A stretch of DNA of 64,000 bases, taken from the IMG/VR virus record IMGVR_UViG_3300026549_000033, positions 1 through 64,000 of that record; one strand, given 5' to 3'. The position numbers were made by a program, and so were the translations under genes. Each line of letters begins with the position of its first letter. The stretch's first letter is position 1. A model generated the notes under the pieces. The model was not told the origin of the DNA. It did no database searches and worked only from the letters and a program-made list of their open reading frames with translations. This document shows positions 1 to 7,158 of this stretch, piece after piece. This stretch comes from a virus (taxonomy: Duplodnaviria > Heunggongvirae > Uroviricota > Caudoviricetes).

Positions 1-126
1 GTACAGAAACAACTACCGAAGGTACAGAAACTAATCCTGAAGGTACAGAAACAACTACCGAAGGTACAGAAACTAATCCTGAAGGTACAGAAACAACTAC
101 CGAAGGTACAGAAACTAATCCTGAAG
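1..126 (+). repeat. Perfect 42-bp tandem direct repeat, 3 copies (ggtacagaaacaactaccgaaggtacagaaactaatcctgaa), within the coding sequence.
   Basis: Identical 42-mers at 1-42, 43-84 and 85-126, each encoding 14 aa. Confidence 0.9.
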
Positions 127-302
127 GAACTGAAGAAGATAATGAAATAACTATGGATGATTTCTTAAACGGCTTTACAGAAGACTTCCCTAAAGGAACT
201 CAAGTTATTTCTGAAGAAGAAGCTAAAGTTCTTGAAAATAAGGCAAAAGCAGCTTCCCCGAAAACGAATAAAACGAAAGCAGGGAGAAGAAAGAAAAATT
301 AA
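1..302 (+). CDS. 3' end of an upstream ORF (5'-truncated by the window edge). The C-terminal region is Thr/Glu-rich tandem repeats (TETTTEGTETNPEG x3) followed by a basic tail.
   Basis: Frame 3 is open from position 3 to a TAA at 300-302. The translation is TETTTEGTETNPEG repeated, then ...KAKAASPKTNKTKAGRRKKN*. Confidence 0.6.
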   Translation, partial: TETTTEGTETNPEGTETTTEGTETNPEGTETTTEGTETNPEGTEEDNEITMDDFLNGFTEDFPKGTQVISEEEAKVLENKAKAASPKTNKTKAGRRKKN

Positions 303-325
303 TTTTTCATAGATAAATTTCTTTA

Positions 326-398
326 TGGTAGAGCTACCTTTCTGTTACAATCTTTGGTTACAGTCCCACATATAAGCTCTACCTTTTCTTTTATTAAA
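326..398 (+). terminator. Putative rho-independent terminator region: ggtagagct ... agctctacc stem followed by a T-rich tract.
   Basis: ggtagagct (about 327-335) is the reverse complement of agctctacc (about 377-385), followed by ttttcttttatt. There is also a local hairpin ggtag-agc-ctacc. It sits right after the TAA of the upstream ORF. Confidence 0.4.
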
Positions 399-436
399 TT
401 TTACAATAGTAATAAATAATTAGGAAGAATAAATAA

Positions 437-1393
437 ATGTTATATCTTGAAGAATTATTAGACGCTGTAATTGCTGAAGAAGGGCAGACCTTAATGGGTT
501 TAGAGTTTCTTATAGACACGTTAAACCTACCCATGAAGAAAATAGACCTGTTGTTTAGAAAAGCTCTTTCCGAATATAGTGAAAGAAGACCCATGAAGAA
601 AACTACAGTAATTAATAATTTTGATTATGCAGATCCTGAGGCAGGGTATATAACTATGCCTGAAGGCACAACTTCTTGTCGTGTGGCTCGTTATGGGGTT
701 CTTCCAAACCAAATGCCAAGATTTTATATGCCTAAGTTTGCAGAACAAAATGTAGAATTTGATATAACAACTCTTCAGTGTAGGGTATGGCCTCCTGTGA
801 CACCTCTTAGATTAACCTATACACAAAGATTTGTCCCTACAACAAATATTTTAATAGAAAAAACTTTAGAAGTGCCTTATGAAACTGATACATATGAGTT
901 TACTCTTCCTACAGCATATGCAAATAAAACATTAACTATACAAAAGAGCGTAGTTATACAAGACCCTTATACAGGAGAGCTTAAACCTGAAGTACTTTCT
1001 ATGAAACCTACAGGTTCCATAATGCAGGATGAATGTGGCGAAGACTCTTCAGCTATTTTAAAAGGTACTCTTGGAGAAGGTAAGGTAAATTTAAAAACAA
1101 GGGAAGTAACTATGGACCTTGCTAATGACGAAGCAACTCCATTAATAATTACTTATTATCCTAAGTGGTCAGTTGTAAAAGAATTAGATATAGGTAACTA
1201 TTTATTTACAAGAATTTTTGCGTGTAAGATACTTGAAGCTTTGGCTTCATTAAGAGCACAGGCTACTCAAGAAAACTTACATAATCTTGACCTTACAGCA
1301 GATAGACTTCTTGATAGAGTTGCAGAGCTTAAGAAAGAAATTAGAGAGCTTGGTCGAGCAAGTATTAGCTTTCATTCTATGGCTCCAATGTAA
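437..1393 (+). CDS. Hypothetical protein, 318 aa.
   Basis: Long ORF with RBS-like aggaag upstream. No motif recognised. Confidence 0.6.
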   Translation: MLYLEELLDAVIAEEGQTLMGLEFLIDTLNLPMKKIDLLFRKALSEYSERRPMKKTTVINNFDYADPEAGYITMPEGTTSCRVARYGVLPNQMPRFYMPKFAEQNVEFDITTLQCRVWPPVTPLRLTYTQRFVPTTNILIEKTLEVPYETDTYEFTLPTAYANKTLTIQKSVVIQDPYTGELKPEVLSMKPTGSIMQDECGEDSSAILKGTLGEGKVNLKTREVTMDLANDEATPLIITYYPKWSVVKELDIGNYLFTRIFACKILEALASLRAQATQENLHNLDLTADRLLDRVAELKKEIRELGRASISFHSMAPM

Positions 1394-1443
1394 TTTTTGC
1401 TTTTGGAAGAACTTGTGGTATAATATATTTAGGAGAGAGTTAC

Positions 1444-2469
1444 TTGAATATTAAAGAACTTATAGCAAGTACAAATAGAGTTAAGAATAGAGACCAAGCC
1501 ACAGTTTTTCAGAAAAAGTTTGGTTCAATTTACGCTTTTAATAAAGACATTACTATTTTTAAGGGTGGTAATGCTATTATCATAAATATGATAATCGGAG
1601 GGGTAACTGACTATATAAAAATGGGAGGGAAAAGACAACCTGTTCCATTTCATAAGGTTTCTCTTGCTTTGAATGTAGGAAAAGACGGTAAGAAAGATTA
1701 TTCCCCTTCTGATTTAGTAAAGACTATCAGAGCTATGCACAAGGAATATAGTGACGAGAAGAAATGGCCTAATCCTGACGTGTTAAAAGCAGTATTAGAA
1801 AACCCAAGTAAGTTCTTTGAAAATGCCACGGTATTTAAAACAACTAATGGGGAGGGGTACACAGTAGTTACAAATAACATTCCTGAGGATAGTGAGGTTC
1901 AGGTATGGTGTAGCTGTTCTGACTACTATTGGACTTTCCAATATTACAACATTTCTACAAGGAATAAAGACGGAAGCTCTTTAAATCTTTATGGAGCTAC
2001 AGGGTATCCAAGAGTATATAATCATAGGAGTGCCACAGGAAAGAAGTCTAAAAGACCTATGAGAAACCCCGGCCGTAACCCCGGTATGTGCAAACACCTC
2101 ATGCTACTTGTAGCAATGCTAATGGAGGATGAAATAATAACAGATACTAAAGGCGGGCTAACCAAATACTATAAAGCAAACTATGACGAATTCTTAAAAG
2201 GTAATGAAAAGAAAAGAGTTAGCCAAGCTACCTTTGAAAGAAAAATGGAGCAATATGAAAGGGGTCATCGTTTAATGAACGACCAAAGGAACACAGCTCA
2301 TTATATGTCGGGTAATAAGACTGAGAGAAAGTTCAGGGCGGATAATCAAGACCTTAAAATAATAAATGAGAGTAATGAGAGTAAATTCAACCCTTTAACT
2401 CAACAAAGGAGTAGGAAATCTTCAGGTAGCTTTAATAGGAATACAGGAAGATTTAAATGGGAGAAATAA
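1444..2469 (+). CDS. SWIM-type zinc-finger-like protein (C-x-C ... C-x-H), 341 aa, TTG start.
   Basis: WCSCSDYYW ... GMCKHLMLLVAML fits a CxC-Xn-CxH SWIM-like pattern, although the spacer is long. RBS taggagagag, extended -10 tggtataat upstream, and stop/start coupling with the next ORF (taaATG). Confidence 0.5.
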   Translation: MNIKELIASTNRVKNRDQATVFQKKFGSIYAFNKDITIFKGGNAIIINMIIGGVTDYIKMGGKRQPVPFHKVSLALNVGKDGKKDYSPSDLVKTIRAMHKEYSDEKKWPNPDVLKAVLENPSKFFENATVFKTTNGEGYTVVTNNIPEDSEVQVWCSCSDYYWTFQYYNISTRNKDGSSLNLYGATGYPRVYNHRSATGKKSKRPMRNPGRNPGMCKHLMLLVAMLMEDEIITDTKGGLTKYYKANYDEFLKGNEKKRVSQATFERKMEQYERGHRLMNDQRNTAHYMSGNKTERKFRADNQDLKIINESNESKFNPLTQQRSRKSSGSFNRNTGRFKWEK

Positions 2470-2682
2470 ATGGTATTTAATTGTTTTAACTGTGGGGCTC
2501 CGCTTCCAATAAATTCTGTGAAGTGCAAGGAGTGCGGTTTTACCCCCGATATAGAATTTATGAGAAAATGTCCTAATTTAAAAGTAGCTACTTGTGTTCT
2601 TACGGGAAAGTTTTGTAATAACAAAGGAGCTTATCAAACTTGTCCTATAAAAAATAAAGCTGATTCTGAATGCGGGTATTAA
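2470..2682 (+). CDS. Small zinc-ribbon protein, 70 aa.
   Basis: Paired CxxC motifs (CFNCG ... CKECG ... C...C). Translationally coupled to both neighbours. Confidence 0.55.
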   Translation: MVFNCFNCGAPLPINSVKCKECGFTPDIEFMRKCPNLKVATCVLTGKFCNNKGAYQTCPIKNKADSECGY

Positions 2683-3740
2683 ATTCTAAATTTATGAAGA
2701 CTTTTAAAAATGAATTAAATCCTAAATTATATAATGGCGAAGAATTAAAGCCTGAAGTTTTAAAGAAGCTTAAAGAAATAGCTGAGGCTTTTATAGATTT
2801 TCTTGAAATTCCGAAAACCGCCGTAAAAGATATTGTTATAACAGGTTCCTGCGCTTCTTATAATTACACGAAGCATTCAGACATAGATTTACACGTAATT
2901 GTGGATCCTAATAAAGTTCATGAAGACTGCCCGATAGTAGGACCTTACCTCCTTTCTAAGAAATCTGAGTTTAATCAGAAGCATGATATTTATATTTATG
3001 GGGTTCCTGTAGAAGTTTATACAGAGTTAGAAGGACAGGGAACTATACATAATGGACTATACTCCTTAAACAATGGATGGATAGACTTTCCTAAGAAGAT
3101 ACCTCCTTTAAAAAATAGTGCAGCAGTAAAGGCTAAATACAATGAATATGTGGAAGCTGCCAAAGAAATTAAAGAGGGTGATTTAGCTGAAAAGCTTTTA
3201 GATAAAATTAAACGCATGAGAAAAGCAGGATTAGAAGAAGGCGGGGAGTTTTCTGTAGAGAATTTAGTATTCAAGAAATTAAGAGATAACGGTTTTATTG
3301 GTAAGCTTATGAAAATTAAAAAAGAAAAAGTGGATAAAGATCTTTCTTTAGAAGAAACTTATGAAGACTTAATAATGTCTATAGAAGAAATGATATGTAC
3401 TTCTACAGCAGTTATGGCTCCGTACCCTGTGAATGTAATAGGTAAACCTGTTACTTTCACAAAAATTAAAGGGGATAAAAAGGGGCACGGAGAAAAGAGA
3501 GCTCCTCATACAGAAACAGTAATTAAAGAAGAGTATGAAAAACAAAGTAAAGGAAACGAAAAATCTGCTATGTATAAATTTAGTTATAAGAAAAATGGAA
3601 AACTTCGTAAAGTAATGGAGAATATCGCAGAAGTTTGTGAAGCCATAATTTCTTTTGAAAATAAGATTAAGGCTCCTCAGTCAACTTTAGAAGAAAGTAA
3701 AAGTAACGGGATAGCTTACTTCTATAATAAAGTTAATTAA
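2670..3740 (+). CDS. Polymerase-beta-superfamily nucleotidyltransferase, 356 aa, with a Lys/Glu-rich C-terminal extension.
   Basis: VITGSCASYNYTKHSDIDLHVIV matches hG[GS]-x9-13-Dh[DE]h. A further acidic residue lies downstream (KHDIYIYG). Overlaps the upstream ORF by 13 nt. Confidence 0.6.
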   Translation: MRVLNSKFMKTFKNELNPKLYNGEELKPEVLKKLKEIAEAFIDFLEIPKTAVKDIVITGSCASYNYTKHSDIDLHVIVDPNKVHEDCPIVGPYLLSKKSEFNQKHDIYIYGVPVEVYTELEGQGTIHNGLYSLNNGWIDFPKKIPPLKNSAAVKAKYNEYVEAAKEIKEGDLAEKLLDKIKRMRKAGLEEGGEFSVENLVFKKLRDNGFIGKLMKIKKEKVDKDLSLEETYEDLIMSIEEMICTSTAVMAPYPVNVIGKPVTFTKIKGDKKGHGEKRAPHTETVIKEEYEKQSKGNEKSAMYKFSYKKNGKLRKVMENIAEVCEAIISFENKIKAPQSTLEESKSNGIAYFYNKVN

Positions 3741-3741
3741 T

Positions 3742-3768
3742 AAAAAACCTCCTATTAGGAGGTTTTTT
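3742..3768. terminator. Bidirectional rho-independent terminator (aaaaaacctcc-tatta-ggaggtttttt).
   Basis: Perfect 5-bp GC-rich stem flanked by an A-run and a T-run, between convergent genes. Confidence 0.8.
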
Positions 3769-3771
3769 ATT

Positions 3772-4347
3772 TTAGCGATGAATTGTATAGAAATAATGGT
3801 CTTTATTTCCTAATCTTATCATTGTTATTGTTATGAAAGGAAATTCACCCATACTAAAAGCAGTGTCAAAATGTCTTAACCTTTCTTCACTTTCTCTTGT
3901 AACGTCTTCAAGTTCACCTACATATTCTGTGCAACAAGTATCACAAGTTCTTTTAATTCCGTCTTTCCTGTACCTGTAATAACCGCTTGTTTTATCAGCA
4001 GGTTCTATATATTCAAGACCATATACTTCCATACAAGTTCTTTTAGGACTCCAAGGTCCTTCTGGATAATTGTAGAGAGTTTCTTCAAAAACTATACTTT
4101 TTGAGTTGTACTTGATCTTAGAACCAAAGTTGTCTTGAAAGACTTTATAGTTAGCAATAGAACCTTCACGGGTTTGTCCGTCGTTACAGACATGAGTGTC
4201 AGCCCAAAAGTTTCTAATGTGCTCGTCACCGCTTGTAAGTGCTATTTTAAGGTCTACAGCAAAGCTTACAAGACATTCATTTTTGATTTCTTCAAAAGAT
4301 TTTTCGCCAACTTCATGGAAGTTGAACACAACTTGTTCAATTAACAT
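3772..4347 (-). CDS. Hypothetical protein, 191 aa. Isolated reverse-strand, moron-like gene.
   Basis: Only sizeable minus-strand ORF in the first 36 kb. Bounded by the bidirectional terminator and a 209-bp AT-rich intergenic region. Cys-rich segment CDTCCTEY. Confidence 0.6.
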   Translation of the reverse strand: MLIEQVVFNFHEVGEKSFEEIKNECLVSFAVDLKIALTSGDEHIRNFWADTHVCNDGQTREGSIANYKVFQDNFGSKIKYNSKSIVFEETLYNYPEGPWSPKRTCMEVYGLEYIEPADKTSGYYRYRKDGIKRTCDTCCTEYVGELEDVTRESEERLRHFDTAFSMGEFPFITITMIRLGNKDHYFYTIHR

Positions 4348-4556
4348 TTTTTACCTTCTTTCTTTTTCCGCCACTAATACTATGTTAGTGGAAATTCTAC
4401 ATTACTATAATATAATGCTTTCTTAATTTTGTCAAACTTTATTAAATTATTAGTATAGCAATGAATAATAAGAAATTTCAAGTCTATTATTAAATTATAC
4501 ATTGTAAATTACATTATAAAGAATAATACACCATAAGCATAAGGAGAAATATATCA

Positions 4557-5114
4557 ATGCACTACACCTTAGACCAAACTAAAGTCATTGACCTTCAGAC
4601 TACTTTCAGATTTGAAATCGGTATTGAAGCAGACGCGGCTAACCGAGCATTAGGTCTTGCAGAAGACATTACAGGTTACATACAGCAGAGTGATCTTCCG
4701 TCAGCTCCAGGTGAACCAATTACATGGCACCTTCCGGGCGGTATGAAAAACTATCAAGCAGGGAAAAGAACAGTTCAACCTATTTCTATGACATTTGTTG
4801 TTCCTACAACAGCAGGAAACGGCTCAGTTTATAGATTATTAGAAAAATGGGCTCACGCAACTTACGACTTAGATAAAGGTACTAATATAGGAAAAAGAAA
4901 TTATTGTACAGATGGTATTTATATTTTCTTGAAGGGCGAAGACAATAATTATAAGTATACCTTCAGATTGAAAAGAGCACAAGTTACTAATTGTAACTAT
5001 GGTACTGTTGCTTCTGAAGCTAATGACTTAATTAAGGTTCAATGTACATTCATATATGATAACTACGAAGTATATGAAGGATACAAAGGACCTGCTTTAA
5101 AAACAATGGGTTAA
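4557..5114 (+). CDS. Putative tail structural protein (tube or completion-like), 185 aa.
   Basis: First gene of a co-directional block ending in the tape measure and baseplate genes. RBS aaggag. The assignment rests on position only. Confidence 0.35.
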   Translation: MHYTLDQTKVIDLQTTFRFEIGIEADAANRALGLAEDITGYIQQSDLPSAPGEPITWHLPGGMKNYQAGKRTVQPISMTFVVPTTAGNGSVYRLLEKWAHATYDLDKGTNIGKRNYCTDGIYIFLKGEDNNYKYTFRLKRAQVTNCNYGTVASEANDLIKVQCTFIYDNYEVYEGYKGPALKTMG

Positions 5115-5144
5115 TTATTCAATTATATTTTGTGTGGAATGTTT

Positions 5145-5175
5145 AGGAGAGTTATTTTTGCTCTCCTTTTTATTA
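5145..5175 (+). terminator. Rho-independent terminator (aggagag-ttatttttg-ctctcct-ttttatta).
   Basis: 7-bp perfect stem plus a T-tract after the 185-aa gene. Confidence 0.65.
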
Positions 5176-5196
5176 TCTATAATTAAATTTTAGAGT

Positions 5197-6045
5197 ATGG
5201 CTATATTTCAAAAGAAAAATAAAACGCTACAACCGATAGATTGGCCTCCGATAGCAGACGGGGAAGCAGCAAGTCCCGTGGTGGCTAATGCTGCTAATAA
5301 TTACACTTTACAAGGTGGAATTACCTATTCTCCTGAAACTACAAAAGTTTTTGAGTTAGGTATTTCGAAGTCTACCCAAGCTGAGTCTCCTCAAATTAAT
5401 GACGGAATATGGCTTATGGATATCGCGCAGAGCCATCACTATACAGTTCAGATTAGTAATATGGAGGGGATGTCGAGTTTGAAAACTCCAAAAGGGTCTT
5501 TCTCAGAGTTCCTTCCTGTTAAAACAATGAATTTAAAATATACAAGTTACGAGAATATGAGTATTCCTGTGGCAATATTTGGAGACTTTCCACTTTTAAA
5601 TAAAAAGAGAGTTAGTACTATAGACTTATCTTGCTACGACTTTGATAATAATAAATTAGAGTATGAACTTCGTAGATGGGAGGCTCAGTGTTTCCCTAAA
5701 GGAAGATATGTAGCTTATATGGACGACATAGCCCGTGAATTTATATATCGTGGGTATAGCGTGGATGGAAGAAAAACTTTAGAATACAGGGTTTTTGTAA
5801 TTCCTTCGGGAAATGTCACAGTCTCAAGAGATTACAGTGCTAACGAAGCTAAAATGCTAAATTTCAGTTTAGTTGTAGTTGGTGACGGAAGAACCTGTGC
5901 TCACGGCGAAGGAAAGACCCCTGGAATTATAGTAGAAGACCACGGTGGAGCGGGCGACGGAAGATATCCTAAGGGTGGCTTTGCTACTTTGTACGTTTCA
6001 GGTTATGGAAAGTGGAATCCAAAGACAGAACGTTTCGAAGTTTAA
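5197..6045 (+). CDS. Putative major tail protein, 282 aa.
   Basis: Positional. Downstream of a terminator (possible read-through attenuator) and upstream of a chaperone-like gene and the tape measure gene. Confidence 0.35.
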   Translation: MAIFQKKNKTLQPIDWPPIADGEAASPVVANAANNYTLQGGITYSPETTKVFELGISKSTQAESPQINDGIWLMDIAQSHHYTVQISNMEGMSSLKTPKGSFSEFLPVKTMNLKYTSYENMSIPVAIFGDFPLLNKKRVSTIDLSCYDFDNNKLEYELRRWEAQCFPKGRYVAYMDDIAREFIYRGYSVDGRKTLEYRVFVIPSGNVTVSRDYSANEAKMLNFSLVVVGDGRTCAHGEGKTPGIIVEDHGGAGDGRYPKGGFATLYVSGYGKWNPKTERFEV

Positions 6046-6048
6046 ATT

Positions 6049-6077
6049 TGACAGAATTTTAAAATAAAGGTATAATA
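6049..6077 (+). promoter_or_regulatory. Sigma-70-like promoter TTGACA-N17-TATAAT, with an AAAT extension upstream of the -35.
   Basis: ttgaca at 6049-6054, a 17-nt spacer, tataat at 6072-6077. Confidence 0.6.
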
Positions 6078-6108
6078 AAAGTAAAATAGAAAGAGAGAGA
6101 GAGGATTT

Positions 6109-6861
6109 ATGGACGGACAACGTGTAGATTTATTGCAATTACCTTCAAAAGGTTATAGTTATCCAAAAGATATTGAAATATATGTAAGACCATTATCTAT
6201 TAAAGAACAAATAGATATGGAGAGATACGGTATTTCAGACGCTGAGTACTTCAACATGATTTTGAACGGAATAACAATTCATGGTGATTTTAATAAAAGA
6301 AACTTATTGCACTCAGACGTGCAATTTATGGACGTTGTTAGAAGACTATTTTCTTTTGATACAAAAGATACAATAAGGATTGAAGACTGTAAGTGCATTT
6401 ACCCTGACTGCGGTCATAAATTTAATTATGAATTTACTATGGATCAATTAGAGTTTACAGAATTCCACGAAGATATCTTTGGAAAGCACTTCATATTTGG
6501 GGAAGGTACGGATGATGAATTAGAAGTTGTAGTTTCTCCTATTACAGTTTCTGAGTATATTCAAATGAGTAAAGAATTCAGAAATAATGTAGATAAGAAG
6601 AGTGTTCTTTCTTCAATGTATACAGATTATATGTGTACTTGTATTAGAGAAGTCGTAGGTAGGACTTTTAAAAATGACAAAGATAGGAATTCTTTCCTTA
6701 AAGGTTATATTGAAAATCTTTGCATGGCAAAAGATAAAAAGTTACTCAAACAAATTGTAGATGAGACTATTATTAAAATTGAACCGTTTACTTTGATTTG
6801 CGAAGCTTGCGGAAGAGAAACGGAGGTAGTAGTTAGCCCTACGTCCAACTTTCAACAGTAG
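6109..6861 (+). CDS. Putative tail assembly chaperone (G-like), 250 aa, Cys-rich.
   Basis: Position immediately upstream of the tape measure gene. The +1 frame stays open for 91 codons past its stop. Confidence 0.4.
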   Translation: MDGQRVDLLQLPSKGYSYPKDIEIYVRPLSIKEQIDMERYGISDAEYFNMILNGITIHGDFNKRNLLHSDVQFMDVVRRLFSFDTKDTIRIEDCKCIYPDCGHKFNYEFTMDQLEFTEFHEDIFGKHFIFGEGTDDELEVVVSPITVSEYIQMSKEFRNNVDKKSVLSSMYTDYMCTCIREVVGRTFKNDKDRNSFLKGYIENLCMAKDKKLLKQIVDETIIKIEPFTLICEACGRETEVVVSPTSNFQQ

Positions 6862-7108
6862 TGGCAAACCCTATTCCCGTGAAGGATTTTACCCTGTATA
6901 TCATTTAATTGACTACGGAAAACCTTTTAATAGAAAAGATTTTTTGAAAAATCTTGGATATTATGTTGAAAAAGGTTGGGGTTCTTATAAAGAGCTAATA
7001 AGCCTTACTATGAAGGACTTCATTGAAATTGGTATTGGTATAGAATCTAAAATGCAAGAAGAAATGCTCGAAAAAAGTAAAAATAGCGGTGGTCCTATTA
7101 TAGGGTAG
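6833..7108 (+). other. Open +1 frame with no ATG in its first 59 codons. Candidate frameshift extension (T-like) of the chaperone gene.
   Basis: The +1 frame is open from 6833 to a TAG at 7106-7108, and the only ATG is at about 7010. It overlaps the last 9 codons of the 6109..6861 ORF, which contain a UUU_C motif at 6850-6853. Confidence 0.4.
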
Positions 7109-7158
7109 ACTAATTAAATTATAAAGTTAGTTATAGTTTAAAGGATAAAATTTTTAGG

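Noticed and set aside
1-126. Possibility that the 42-bp tandem array is a CRISPR or a non-coding satellite.
   Set aside because: Units are directly adjacent with no spacers. They lie in an open reading frame encoding a regular peptide repeat that continues to a stop at 302.
2040-2090. GC-rich ccccggccgtaaccccgg segment inside an otherwise AT-rich genome.
   Set aside because: Simply encodes the NPGRNPG peptide repeat within the SWIM-like ORF. Not a site or mobile-element end.
4348-4556. Searched the long AT-rich intergenic regions (4348-4556, 38116-38277, 44899-45103, 51072-51132) for tRNA genes.
   Set aside because: No cloverleaf-compatible sequence or GTTCRANYC T-loop motif found. No tRNA is claimed.
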